Origin: Thermoanaerobaculia bacterium
Lineage (GTDB): Bacteria > Acidobacteriota > Thermoanaerobaculia > Multivoradales > Multivoraceae
Length of the DNA stretch: 64,000 nucleotides
Direction: 5' to 3'
Assembly (NCBI GenBank): GCA_963664405.1
Contig: OY761158.1
Location: 96,001 to 160,000 of the forward strand
Part shown: one piece after another, positions 39,575-49,272 of the stretch
How positions within the stretch are numbered: position 1 is the stretch's first letter
How the letters are laid out: the number at the start of each line of letters is the position of its first letter
Made by a program: the position numbers and the translations under genes
The notes under the pieces: model-generated
Told to the model about the DNA's origin: nothing
Databases searched by the model: none
What the model saw: only the letters and a program-made list of their open reading frames with translations

Positions 39575-40788
39575 TTCGGCGCACGGCTCAGGCGCAGCTC
39601 GAGCTGCCCCTCTCGGACAGCCCACGTCACCTCGGTCTCCTTCGAAGGCAGATCCAGGACCAGGTGGAGCTCGGGGCCGCGGTTGGTCTGGTGAAATCCG
39701 GTCCGAATGCGCTCGACCAGCGGCATGCCAACCTCCACCGTCTCAGGGCGGTAACGCTCGCCGACACCCGAAACTCGCACCAGGTAACGAGCAGGTAAGG
39801 GACCCAGCATCGTAGCGAAGATGTCCTTCGATGTGAGTGCTGCCTGAGCACGAACGGCTACCAGAGTTTGACCGTCTACGAGAGACGCATCAATCGAAAC
39901 GACTCGGTTCAGGCCGGTTGGCGAAGCCCCCTCCTCCGGGGCCTGAGTCGCGTCTCTCGCGACCGGAGTCGGTCCCGACCTGCCCGGCACCTCCTCGACA
40001 ACGCGGGCCGAGCCAACACTCAGCCCCACGGGCGCCGGCGGCGGCAGAGACACCGCCGTCGGTAGCGGTTCTACCGTGGGTATTGGAGGGCTCGTCGTCA
40101 AGGTCGTCGAGCGCTCCTGGCTCCGGTCATCTCGGCCCTCGGCCGAAGCGGTCGGCTGACGGCGCCCCTCCGAAAAAGCCCATATTGCGATAGCGGCGAC
40201 AACGAGAGCGGCTACTCCGCCGATCAGGACCCTGGCGAAAGCTGGCGACGGATCGGGGACGAGCCTCTCCTCCACCTCCCCCGCGTAAGAACCCTCTAGG
40301 CGCTCCAGCTGTGACTCGGCCTCGCGCTCGACACTGCGTTGAGCTACGACCGCCGGTGGGGCTGTCTCGGGAGCCGCAGGGAGTCGCGCCTCGGCAGGCT
40401 CCGCTTTCAGGACCGGGGTCCTGTCTGTAGGCTGGACCCTGGTCTCCGTAGCCTCTCCGAGGCTCCGAAGATGACTCTCGATTAGCGCTTTCGAATCCGG
40501 ATCGAGAGCCGTAAAGCGCAGCCCCATCGTCGAAGCTTCGCCGCGATCAGGCCGCGCGTCACGCCACCAAATAACCTCAGCTCGCCCGCGAGCGACCTCT
40601 CCACCTAGGGAGAGCTCGAACTCCACCTCCTCGGACAGAGGCGCGGATCGACTCGAAATAACCCCGACGCCGGTAGTCGAGAGGTCGGCGGCCTGCGCCT
40701 CGAAGTGAGAGTCGTTGCGCAGCCGCAGACGGATGGCCTCGGCAAGCCTTGCGCGAGGCGACTCCCGAAGTCGGATCCCCTGTGCCAC
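39571..40788 (-). CDS. PilZ-domain membrane protein with C-terminal AMIN-like domain
   Basis: RESPR and DLSTTG PilZ motifs, MGLRF, one TM, Pro-rich linker, C-terminal RYLVRV...VERIRTGFH...LHLVLDL. Confidence 0.75.
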   Translation of the reverse strand: MAQGIRLRESPRARLAEAIRLRLRNDSHFEAQAADLSTTGVGVISSRSAPLSEEVEFELSLGGEVARGRAEVIWWRDARPDRGEASTMGLRFTALDPDSKALIESHLRSLGEATETRVQPTDRTPVLKAEPAEARLPAAPETAPPAVVAQRSVEREAESQLERLEGSYAGEVEERLVPDPSPAFARVLIGGVAALVVAAIAIWAFSEGRRQPTASAEGRDDRSQERSTTLTTSPPIPTVEPLPTAVSLPPPAPVGLSVGSARVVEEVPGRSGPTPVARDATQAPEEGASPTGLNRVVSIDASLVDGQTLVAVRAQAALTSKDIFATMLGPLPARYLVRVSGVGERYRPETVEVGMPLVERIRTGFHQTNRGPELHLVLDLPSKETEVTWAVREGQLELRLSRAPN

Positions 40789-40825
40789 TCGAGCCTGCCG
40801 CTCTCTCTAGCTCCGCATCGAGCCG

Positions 40826-42187
40826 CTATCGAGCTACCCGCTGGCCCGTCGCCAGACTCCCCATCTTACGGCCGACCAACAAGGCCATCTCCAATGCCTG
40901 CTCGTAATTCAGCCGCGGATCGACCAAGCTCTTGTAAGCGCGGTTCAAGTCTGCTTCGGCCAAGCCTCTGGCCCCGCCGACACACTCCGTAACCGCTTCG
41001 CCTGTAAGCTCGAAATGCACCCCGCCAAGATAGCTTCCACTCGCTGCGTGAATGTCGAAGGCCCACTCCAACTCGGAGAGAATGTCGTCGAAACGTCGCG
41101 TTTTGAAACCGCTGGATGTCTGCTGCGTATTGCCGTGCATGGGGTCGCAGCACCACACGACGATCTTTCCAGCACCCTGTACTGCATCGATGAGCGGCGG
41201 AAGGCCGAGCGCGATCTCCTTCACGCCGAAGCGGTGAATAAGAGTAATCCTGCCCGGCTCGTTCTCGGGATTCAGAACGCCCAACAGCTGCAGCAACAAC
41301 TCGGAGTCCATGCTCGGTCCGACCTTGATCCCGATCGGGTTGCGGATTCCGCGGCAGTATTCGACATGGGAGCCACCGAGGGTGGCCGTCCGCATTCCGA
41401 TCCAGGGCATATGGGTCGCCAGGTTGTACCAACCCTCACGGCGAGGCACCTGGCGTGTCTGAGCCTGCTCGTAAGGGAGCAATAGGCCCTCGTGGCTGGC
41501 AAAGAAATCTACTCGACTCACCTCTCCCAGCTGCGCTCCCGCAAGGGTCTCCATGAACCGTAGCGAGTCGGCGATCGACTCCACCTTCTTCTGGTACTCG
41601 GCCGCATCGGGCGAGTGCTCGACGAAACCGAGATCCCAGTACTCCGGATGATGAAGATCCGCAAAGCCACCGTCGATCAGACCACGAATGAAATTCAGCG
41701 TCAGTGCCGCCTTCTCGTAGCCGCGGATCATGTTCCAGGGATCTGGACGGCGGTCCTCCGGAGTGAAGGGAGAGCGATTGATCAGATCTCCGCGGTAACT
41801 GGGCAGAGACACGCCGTCAATCTCCTCCATGTCTTCGGAGCGAGGCTTGGCGTACTGACCAGCAAAGCGGCCTACGCGGATCACCCTCTTTTTCGAGCTG
41901 TGAACCAGCACCAGGCTCATCTGCAGGAGGATCTTCAGCTTACTGGTGATCGACTCGGCGGTACAGTCCTCGAAATTCTCTGAACAGTCCCCTCCCTGGA
42001 GCATGAAGCGCTTCCCAGCCGCTGCCTCGGCGAGAAGGGATTTGAGATGCTCGACCTCCCAAGAGGTCACCAGAGGAGGGAGATGTGCGAGCTTCTCGAC
42101 AACGGTGTCCAACTCTGCGGGGTCGGCGTAGCCGGGCTGCTGCGCGGCCGGCAGGTCTTTCCACGATTCAGGTGTCCAAGTTCTCAT
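40826..42187 (-). CDS. Class II 3-deoxy-7-phosphoheptulonate (DAHP) synthase
   Basis: QGGDCSE, GRFAGQYAKPRS, CDPMHGNT, GVHFELTG, DPRLN. Confidence 0.96.
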   Translation of the reverse strand: MRTWTPESWKDLPAAQQPGYADPAELDTVVEKLAHLPPLVTSWEVEHLKSLLAEAAAGKRFMLQGGDCSENFEDCTAESITSKLKILLQMSLVLVHSSKKRVIRVGRFAGQYAKPRSEDMEEIDGVSLPSYRGDLINRSPFTPEDRRPDPWNMIRGYEKAALTLNFIRGLIDGGFADLHHPEYWDLGFVEHSPDAAEYQKKVESIADSLRFMETLAGAQLGEVSRVDFFASHEGLLLPYEQAQTRQVPRREGWYNLATHMPWIGMRTATLGGSHVEYCRGIRNPIGIKVGPSMDSELLLQLLGVLNPENEPGRITLIHRFGVKEIALGLPPLIDAVQGAGKIVVWCCDPMHGNTQQTSSGFKTRRFDDILSELEWAFDIHAASGSYLGGVHFELTGEAVTECVGGARGLAEADLNRAYKSLVDPRLNYEQALEMALLVGRKMGSLATGQRVAR

Positions 42188-42267
42188 CGATTCTTCCCGA
42201 AGAAAAGACACCTATGTTAACACGGGTCGACTTCGGCGTCTCGTCCAGCGCAAGCACTCCCGTCCCC

Positions 42268-43038
42268 TCAACTCCTCTCAGCCGTCGAGACTTCCCGGCG
42301 CGAGTCTATCTCCAAATACCGCCCCAGCCACCTCGTACCGAGATAGAAAGGCACCGTGTCGAGGAGCGCCACCGAGAACTTGAAGACATAGCCGGTACCG
42401 ATGAAGACCCAGAGCTGTGGCCACAGGGCCGCCCCGCTCTCGACCGGTAGCGCGCCGGCGTAGAAGTGAGTGATCGTGATGACGGCAAAGGTGTCGACGA
42501 ACTGACTGACCATGGTCGAGCCATTGTTGCGGAGCCAGAGGTGTCGACCTCCAGTGAATCTCTTCCAGAAGTGGAAGAGTTGTACGTCCACCAACTGCGC
42601 GGCGAGGTAGGCAACCATCGACGCACCTACGGCTCCGAGTGTGAGACGACGGATCTCGAAGAACACCGGAAGCCGTCCGGCCACGTCGGGAGTCGCCTCG
42701 TCGAAGCCGGGAAGAGCTCCTCCGAGCCAGAGAATGAACACCAGCCAGATGTTCACCAAGAGGCCAACCAAGACCACCGAGTTGGCTCGTTTACGCCCGT
42801 ACAGCTCGGAAATGAAGTCGGTGCAGAGAAAGGTCAGGGGGTAAGGAAGTACACCGACTGCCAGAGGCATTGGGATCTCATGCCCGAAGAGGTTGATGCT
42901 GAGGTCGAGGAAACGGCTCACACCGAGAATGTTGAGCATCGTCATCGACCCCAAAAAGAGCCCGACGAGCACCAGGTACACGGCTTCACGCCGCGCCTGC
43001 AGCCGACTCAGCTCAATGGGATGGAGCTCCTCGGTCAC
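42268..43038 (-). CDS. Queuosine precursor transporter (YhhQ/DUF165)
   Basis: YPLTFLCTDFISELYG, ASMVAYLAAQLVD, LWLRNNGSTMVSQFVDT. Confidence 0.9.
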   Translation of the reverse strand: MTEELHPIELSRLQARREAVYLVLVGLFLGSMTMLNILGVSRFLDLSINLFGHEIPMPLAVGVLPYPLTFLCTDFISELYGRKRANSVVLVGLLVNIWLVFILWLGGALPGFDEATPDVAGRLPVFFEIRRLTLGAVGASMVAYLAAQLVDVQLFHFWKRFTGGRHLWLRNNGSTMVSQFVDTFAVITITHFYAGALPVESGAALWPQLWVFIGTGYVFKFSVALLDTVPFYLGTRWLGRYLEIDSRREVSTAERS

Positions 43039-43164
43039 GATCGCGAAGGAGAATACGAGAGGCGGGGCGGGAGGTCAAAATCTGCCACTACCCGTCCCCT
43101 ACGGAGTGCTAACATCGCCAACGCCCAAGCCGAAAGAAAGGAACCCGCGGAGGTCCATCGGAAA

Positions 43165-43662
43165 ATGCCGATCTACGAGTTCTATTGCGAGTCCTGCAAC
43201 GCCCTCTTCAGTTTCTTCTCGACCACATCTTCCTTGCCCCGCCATCCCGATTGCCCCCGCTGTGGCTCGAAGGACCTCCCTAAGCGCCCCTCCTCCTTCG
43301 CCACTCTCAAGCACCGAGAGGACGAGGAACAATCGCCTTTCGAGGGTCTCGACGAAAACCGTATGGAGGGCGCAATGGATACTTTGATGAGGGAGATGGG
43401 AGATCTCGGCGAAGACGCCGACCCTGGCCAGGTAGGAGCTTTCTTTCGGCGCTTCGGTGATCTCTCCGGCCTCGAGATGGGGCCTCGGATGGAGGAGGCC
43501 CTCGCTCGAATGGAAGCGGGCGAGGATATGGACGCTCTCGAGGCCGAGTTCGACGACCTGGGGGACGAAGATTCCCTCGATGACCTCTTTCGTCTGAAGA
43601 AGGCCGGGCAACAGCGGCGGCGGCCGCGGCCCGAAGTCGACTCAGAGCTCTACTTTCTCTAG
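43165..43662 (+). CDS. FmdB family zinc-ribbon protein
   Basis: MPIYEFYCESC...CPRCGS; start trimmed to ATG 43165. Confidence 0.88.
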   Translation: MPIYEFYCESCNALFSFFSTTSSLPRHPDCPRCGSKDLPKRPSSFATLKHREDEEQSPFEGLDENRMEGAMDTLMREMGDLGEDADPGQVGAFFRRFGDLSGLEMGPRMEEALARMEAGEDMDALEAEFDDLGDEDSLDDLFRLKKAGQQRRRPRPEVDSELYFL

Positions 43663-43673
43663 GCCTGAGAAGG

Positions 43674-44705
43674 ATGGGCAGAGACAAGATCGGTATCGTC
43701 TCGATGGGAATTGCGCTACCCGAGCGCGTCTTCGAGAACGATGACTGGAGTCAGTACGTCGAGACTTCGGACGATTGGATTCGCTCTCGTACCGGGATCG
43801 AGCGACGCCGAGTCGCCGCTGACGACGAGACCACAGCGACACTGGCGACCGAGGCAGCTCGCCAAGCACTCGTTGACGGCCACCTGTCGGCGAGCGAGAT
43901 CGACGAGATCATCGTCGCAACGGACACTCCGGAGGTGCCCTTTCCCGACACCGCCTGCTTCGTCCAACATCAACTCGGCGCTCGCGAAGTACCCGCTTTC
44001 ACCCTCGGTGGAAGCGGATGTGCGGGATTCATCCAAGCTCTAGAGATCGCCAGGTCTCGGGTTGCCTTCCACAACGGGCGGGTGCTTGTCATAGGGGTCG
44101 AGCTACTCACTCGCATCATGGATTGGCGGAACCGCGACACTTGCGTCCTCTTCGGCGACGCGGCAGGTGCCGTAGTCGTAACGGCCGGCACGCCGCGAGC
44201 CGAAATTCTGACCACGAGCTGCGGCACCGACGGCTCAAAGATCGACATTCTCAAACTCGAGGTCGGAGGTACCCGATCTCCCATCACCGCCGAACGGGTT
44301 CAGGCGCGCGAGCATCTCCATATCGAGATGAACGGGGGAGAGGTATTTCGGCACGCCGTCACACGGATGGCCCAGGCCTGCAACGACGTCCTCGACCGGC
44401 AGGGACTTTCCTTGAGCGACGTCGACCTGGTGATTCCCCACCAGGCGAACCTACGCATCATCCACGCCGTTGCCAAGAAGCTAGGGGTGTCTATGGACAA
44501 GGTCTTCACCAATGTCCAGAACTACGGGAACACCGGCTCGGCATCGGTCCCCCTCGCTCTTTTCGAAGCTGAGCGCTGCGGAGCCTTGGCTCCCGGCGCA
44601 ACCCTTCTTCTCACCGCCTTTGGAGCCGGTTTTCACTGGGCAGCTGCCGCGCTTCGCTATAACGGTAGACAAAACACGAGCACCCAGGGAGATCCGCCTT
44701 GCTGA
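43674..44705 (+). CDS. fabH: 3-oxoacyl-ACP synthase III
   Basis: WIRSRTGI, GCAGF (Cys), LFGDAAGA, PHQAN, GNTGSAS. Confidence 0.92.
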   Translation: MGRDKIGIVSMGIALPERVFENDDWSQYVETSDDWIRSRTGIERRRVAADDETTATLATEAARQALVDGHLSASEIDEIIVATDTPEVPFPDTACFVQHQLGAREVPAFTLGGSGCAGFIQALEIARSRVAFHNGRVLVIGVELLTRIMDWRNRDTCVLFGDAAGAVVVTAGTPRAEILTTSCGTDGSKIDILKLEVGGTRSPITAERVQAREHLHIEMNGGEVFRHAVTRMAQACNDVLDRQGLSLSDVDLVIPHQANLRIIHAVAKKLGVSMDKVFTNVQNYGNTGSASVPLALFEAERCGALAPGATLLLTAFGAGFHWAAAALRYNGRQNTSTQGDPPC

Positions 44706-45160
44706 AATCGCTTCAAGACTTCTTTGAACGGCATATCTCTTTTCCTCGAGACGCCGAGGACGAGCTCACCGAGCAACCGATCCAGCTTGCCACTGCCGCC
44801 CTCTTCATCGAGATGACCCGCGCCGACTTCGAGGTAACAGAGGAGGAGCTGAAAAGCATCGAGAACGAGGTCCGCGCCACCTTCGGCCTCGACCAAGACC
44901 AAAGCCACGAGCTTCTAGAGCTCGCCAAGTCGGAAACCTCCGAATCGGTCGAGCTCTTTCAGTTCACCCGCCTCATCGACCGCGAATTCACTCCGAACGA
45001 GAAGTGCGATCTGGTCGAGCGCCTGTGGCGAATCGCTCTCGCTGACGACCATATCGACCGCTACGAGGAACATCTGGTACGCAAGATCGCCAACCTGCTT
45101 CACGTCCCACACCGAGACTTCATCGAAGCAAAGAAGCGCGCAAAGTCGGCCTCCGCGTAG
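44699..45160 (+). CDS. TerB family protein
   Basis: LATAALFIEMTRAD, LFQFTRLI, LWRIALAD, EEHLVRKIANLL. Confidence 0.85.
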   Translation: MLKSLQDFFERHISFPRDAEDELTEQPIQLATAALFIEMTRADFEVTEEELKSIENEVRATFGLDQDQSHELLELAKSETSESVELFQFTRLIDREFTPNEKCDLVERLWRIALADDHIDRYEEHLVRKIANLLHVPHRDFIEAKKRAKSASA

Positions 45161-45210
45161 CGGCGGCGGCCATCTTCGTTGTCACAAGGCCGGCGTCGGG
45201 TGCGGCGGCT

Positions 45211-46596
45211 CTACTGCTGAGGGGCGCCTGCCCAAGGTATACCCCAAGCCCGCAGACTGCGCAGGTCTCTCGCGAGCATTCGCGGAGCCGGGGCGGCAGC
45301 CTCCACGCTCCACGGGGGTGGAAATACTCGCTCCTGCTGCAGGAGAGCTCGGAGGTCTGCCTTCCCCACCGGCGCGTCATCGACGGGTGACGCAGAGTCG
45401 ATCGACCAGCTCACGAAGATCTCCTCCTCGCCGCCGCTGCACTCGGGAGCTCGGCCGAAGCTGGACCTCCACCCCTCGAAGAGAGACGCGAGACCACCAG
45501 AGCCCTCCGACCTCAGAGCCGCCGCTCGAAGCCGATCGTAATCGGGGTGGGCTGGGGCGAAGTGGCACCTCCAACGGAGCTGTGAGCCTCGCGTCACCAC
45601 GCTCAGTTCGTGGTAGCCGTTACCAAAATACAGTTCTGAGAGTGCCGGAGCCTCCACATCATGGAGGAGGCTGGGGGCGGCGGCCGGCACGGCCCGGCCC
45701 CCGCTGAGCTCCAGAACCGTCGCGAAGACCCGAGACTGCGCCACGACCTCACTCCCCTCTACCGCCAGCCTCTCCCTCCACTCCAGCGGCAACCGTAGCA
45801 AGAGAGGAACCTCCAAGCGCTCTCGCGACAACGCCCCCAGATCGGGCAGAAGCTCACCGTCAGATCCGAACGGGTCCCCGTGATCAGCAGTCACCACAAG
45901 CAGACTCCGGTTCCACTGGCCGCTCTTGCGCAGAGCCTCCAGCAGACGGGCGAGGTAGGTATCCGCCTGTTGAACACCCTCGAGATAGAGACCTCTATGG
46001 ACCTCGGGAACGGGCTCAGGTACCGCCGCCACCTGCGCAGCGTCCCCGAGGTCTCGATAGGCGACGCGAGGTGGCGTCAGCTGTATCCAGGTCAGCGAGG
46101 GTCCGGACCCGAGCTCCTCCAGAGCGCGCACCGCCGAGCGGATGCGGCGCAGAGGGCGCACGACTTCGAAGCCGCGGCCGAAACCGAGCTGATCGATCCA
46201 TTGGGCAGAGTGAAAAAGTCGAGTCTCGAAGCCGAGACCATGCAGCTCCTCCGCGAGGGTTCGAACCTCCCGGCGGAACCGGGCCGGGCCGGGATGTGAG
46301 ACACCGTGGAGGGCCACCGGCAGGCCGGTGAAGAGAGACGCCAGGCTCGCGCCGGTCCAATCTGCGCTGGCGACGGCTCGGCCGGACCAGGAAGAATCTC
46401 CGCGCAGCCGGTCGAGATGAGCCATCACCGTCTCAGAATCACTCCCACTTGCGACGTCGGCGCCGAGAGCCGAGAAGGTGATGACGACCACCGGGCCGCG
46501 GAAGGAGACTTGGTCCCCCCTGTCGGTCGAGCCACACCCTATAAACATGGCGGCCAGAGCGAGAACGGCGACCGGGGCCGGGGCGCGACACACCAT
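45211..46596 (-). CDS. Degenerate sulfatase-like lipoprotein
   Basis: FIGC lipobox, SLASLFTG, TLAEEL, VTADHG, LEVPLLL, LRAWG; start trimmed to ATG 46596. Confidence 0.65.
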   Translation of the reverse strand: MVCRAPAPVAVLALAAMFIGCGSTDRGDQVSFRGPVVVITFSALGADVASGSDSETVMAHLDRLRGDSSWSGRAVASADWTGASLASLFTGLPVALHGVSHPGPARFRREVRTLAEELHGLGFETRLFHSAQWIDQLGFGRGFEVVRPLRRIRSAVRALEELGSGPSLTWIQLTPPRVAYRDLGDAAQVAAVPEPVPEVHRGLYLEGVQQADTYLARLLEALRKSGQWNRSLLVVTADHGDPFGSDGELLPDLGALSRERLEVPLLLRLPLEWRERLAVEGSEVVAQSRVFATVLELSGGRAVPAAAPSLLHDVEAPALSELYFGNGYHELSVVTRGSQLRWRCHFAPAHPDYDRLRAAALRSEGSGGLASLFEGWRSSFGRAPECSGGEEEIFVSWSIDSASPVDDAPVGKADLRALLQQERVFPPPWSVEAAAPAPRMLARDLRSLRAWGIPWAGAPQQ

Positions 46597-46612
46597 CAGA
46601 GCGAGCTCACCT

Positions 46613-47353
46613 TCAGCTGAGTCTGAAGTCCGCGATGATCGGAACGTGGTCACTCGCCACCTTGGAAACAGACAGTCTGCACCGCCGCGCCCGCACCAGA
46701 CGCAGGTCCCTGTAGTAAAGGCGATCGAGAGCCCCTCGGGGTGAGAAAGAGGGGTAGGTTCTCATTGCGTGGCTCCAGCGGCTCCTTCCCTCGGTCGCCA
46801 GTTGAAAGTGGAAGACTTCGGTGAAGATGGGTCTCAAGCGAGACCGCCAATCATTGAAGTCGCCGCCGGCAATGCTGGGCGAGCCGCTCAGCAGGCCAGG
46901 AAACTCCTCGGAGCGGACCAATCGGCCCGTTTGCGTCTCTCGCTCCCGCGCCGACAGGCCTAGGTGAAGATTGAAGACCTCTATCATCCGCCTTTGGTCG
47001 CCGTCGCTGAGCTCGATCGTAGTGTGCAGAGCTCCTCGACCCTTCTTCTTTTCAACCGTGAGGTCGATATTGCGCTGAGCGAGAATGGGGAAGCGACTGA
47101 GTGTGGCATTACCGTAGGAGCCCTTGCGCAGACGCACGTTCTTGCCCATTGCGAAATATTCGAAGCCGGCACCGTCCGCGAGCACGCGAGCCAGATCGAG
47201 CTCGCGGGAACGAGGAACTCCAACGTCCACCTCCTGTAGGAGAGCGATATCCGGCCGATAGAAGGTGAGGATGTTCTCGATCCGTTCGGGCCGGAACAGA
47301 CGGTCGACACCGATCGCGCGATGAATGTTGTAAGTGAGAACGCGAAACTTCAT
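46613..47353 (-). CDS. Endonuclease/exonuclease/phosphatase family protein
   Basis: TYNIH, LLQEVD, GNATLSR, NLHLGL, GDFND, LDRLY, SDHVP; start trimmed to ATG 47353. Confidence 0.92.
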   Translation of the reverse strand: MKFRVLTYNIHRAIGVDRLFRPERIENILTFYRPDIALLQEVDVGVPRSRELDLARVLADGAGFEYFAMGKNVRLRKGSYGNATLSRFPILAQRNIDLTVEKKKGRGALHTTIELSDGDQRRMIEVFNLHLGLSARERETQTGRLVRSEEFPGLLSGSPSIAGGDFNDWRSRLRPIFTEVFHFQLATEGRSRWSHAMRTYPSFSPRGALDRLYYRDLRLVRARRCRLSVSKVASDHVPIIADFRLS

Positions 47354-47427
47354 GGCAGCTTCTTCCGGACACGACCAACTGGCTGCGCCGGCCGAACAAG
47401 GTCTCAGAGATTCTGGGGTGGTCCTCG

Positions 47428-49134
47428 CTAGCGGTACGGTGTATGAGTACGGGAGAAGTACTCGCGGGTCATCTTCGCGGTCGGTCCTGCCAGCAATACC
47501 AGCGTGAGCAGGTTGGGCAGTGCCATCAATCCGAGGGCAACATCGCCGAAGTCCCACACGGTCTGAAGAGGCAGGAGTGAGCCTAGAAAGAAGAACCCGA
47601 TATAGGCCCAGCGATAGTAGCGGACTGCCCCGGGTCCAAAGAGGTACTCGGTAGCCCGATCACCATAGTAGGACCAGGAAATAGCGGTGGACACGGCAAA
47701 GAGCAGGACCGCCAGCGTGACAATCAGGCTTCCACCATCCCCCGGTAGACCCGCCTGGAAGCCCAATGCAGTGAGCGGGGAGCTGGTGAGCAGCGCCCGG
47801 CCCTCGATCTGCAGCCTGGCGCCATCGACGGCGCTGACCTCGCCCCCCGCGGCGCCAATCTCGAGTATTCCGCTCCAGGGTCTCCCCTCTTGATCCACTA
47901 CGCGCGCGTCCTCGATCACCGCGTTCAGGTAAACGAAGGCGGCGCCGGCAACCTCTCCGTCTTGCACCGACACCGTCAGCGCTTCCGAGCGAGACTTCCG
48001 CTCTCGCCACAATCGCTCCAGATCGGCGTCGAGGGGAGCCGAGGCCAGAACGGCTTCGACCGCCCCCGTCGAAAGTCTCTGGTCGACCTTTTCGCGCCAC
48101 GCACCGCTAACCAGAATCACCAACCCCGTCATCGAGCAGATCACCAGCGTATCGATAAAGGGACCCAGAGAGGCAACAAGCCCCTCTCGGACCGGCTCGC
48201 TGGTCTTAGCCGCTGCGTGCGCGATCGGCGCACTCCCCTGGCCCGCTTCGTTGCTGAAGAGGCCGCGCCTTATCCCCCACATGAGGGTGATCAGGAAGGA
48301 CCCTACCGCGCCTCCGACCAGCGGCTCCGGAGCAAAAGCCTGCTCGAAGATGAGCAGAAAGGCGCCAGGGACCTCGCGCCACTGCAGGAGCAAAATGAAG
48401 GCCGCCGCGCCAACGTAGAGCAAGGCCATGAAAGGAGCGAGGACGGCGGTGACCCGGCCGATCCTCCTTATTCCGCCGATGATCACGAGGCCGACGACCG
48501 CCGCAAAGACCAGCGCGGTCACCACCGGCGGTACGCCGAACTCGCTCTCCACTTGCACCGCCATGGTATTCGCCTGATTCATGTTGCCAGTGGCGAAAGA
48601 ACAGATCACGGTAAAAACGGCAAAGCTCCAAGCCATCCAACGGGCCCAGGGACCGAGTCCCATCTCCATGTAATACATCGGCCCACCCGAAACCGACCCA
48701 TCCGGGTGCACTTTGCGATAAGCGAGTGCAAGAGTGCACTCGGCGTACTTCAGGGCCATTCCGAAGAAAGCCGTGACCCACATCCAGAAGAGAGCGCCGG
48801 GCCCACCGAGCCGGATCGCGATCGCCACACCAGCGATATTTCCAATGCCCACGGTCGCCGACAGGGCGGTGGTCAGCGCCTGGTAGTGCTTGAGGTCACC
48901 CGGTTCATTCGGGTCGTCGAAGCGCCCCCTGGCGATGTCGATAGCGTGCCTGAAGCCTCGAACCTGGATGAATCCAAAGCGCAAGGTCACGTAGAAGCCC
49001 GTGCCCAGAAGCACGATCGCGAACAGCGGCGCCTGCGGCGGCCAATTCAGGACCCAGCTGTTCAGAAAGCTATTGATCGGGGTGAGGAAGACGCTGACTG
49101 TGTCAGAGATCCATTGCGCGATGCTCTCGAGCAT
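47428..49134 (-). CDS. Sodium:alanine/glycine symporter (AGCS family)
   Basis: LSATVGIGNIAGVA, GGPGALFWMW, GGPMYY, RGLFSNEAGQGSAPIAHA, SWSYYG; start trimmed to ATG 49134. Confidence 0.94.
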   Translation of the reverse strand: MLESIAQWISDTVSVFLTPINSFLNSWVLNWPPQAPLFAIVLLGTGFYVTLRFGFIQVRGFRHAIDIARGRFDDPNEPGDLKHYQALTTALSATVGIGNIAGVAIAIRLGGPGALFWMWVTAFFGMALKYAECTLALAYRKVHPDGSVSGGPMYYMEMGLGPWARWMAWSFAVFTVICSFATGNMNQANTMAVQVESEFGVPPVVTALVFAAVVGLVIIGGIRRIGRVTAVLAPFMALLYVGAAAFILLLQWREVPGAFLLIFEQAFAPEPLVGGAVGSFLITLMWGIRRGLFSNEAGQGSAPIAHAAAKTSEPVREGLVASLGPFIDTLVICSMTGLVILVSGAWREKVDQRLSTGAVEAVLASAPLDADLERLWRERKSRSEALTVSVQDGEVAGAAFVYLNAVIEDARVVDQEGRPWSGILEIGAAGGEVSAVDGARLQIEGRALLTSSPLTALGFQAGLPGDGGSLIVTLAVLLFAVSTAISWSYYGDRATEYLFGPGAVRYYRWAYIGFFFLGSLLPLQTVWDFGDVALGLMALPNLLTLVLLAGPTAKMTREYFSRTHTPYR

Positions 49135-49272
49135 AAGCTCCTCGTCTCCTCGAAAATGGGGGTCGCAGCCGAGCCGGTACTGTAACAAAAGGTCTGTCCC
49201 CTTCAGCGCCCCCCTCTCTTAGGCGGCTCCCCGGCTTCGAGGCGGCACCCAGAACCGGCCCTGGCGTCTTAG

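Noticed and set aside
43039-43164. preQ1 riboswitch upstream of the queuosine precursor transporter
   Set aside because: No recognisable preQ1 stem-loop with an A-rich tail on the minus strand.
47890-49185. Long antisense ORFs (also 54918..56186, 14134..15090, 5806..6732, 63021..63881)
   Set aside because: Shadow frames opposite well-supported genes, expected at high GC; no motifs.
49186-49203. REP-like imperfect palindrome AAAAGGTCTGTCCCCTT
   Set aside because: Single short copy in the window, with no partner and no RAYT gene.
49135-49270. Glycine riboswitch upstream of the AGCS symporter
   Set aside because: The minus strand has GAGAG...CGCTGAAGG, but the conserved CTCTCAGG segment and a second aptamer are not visible.
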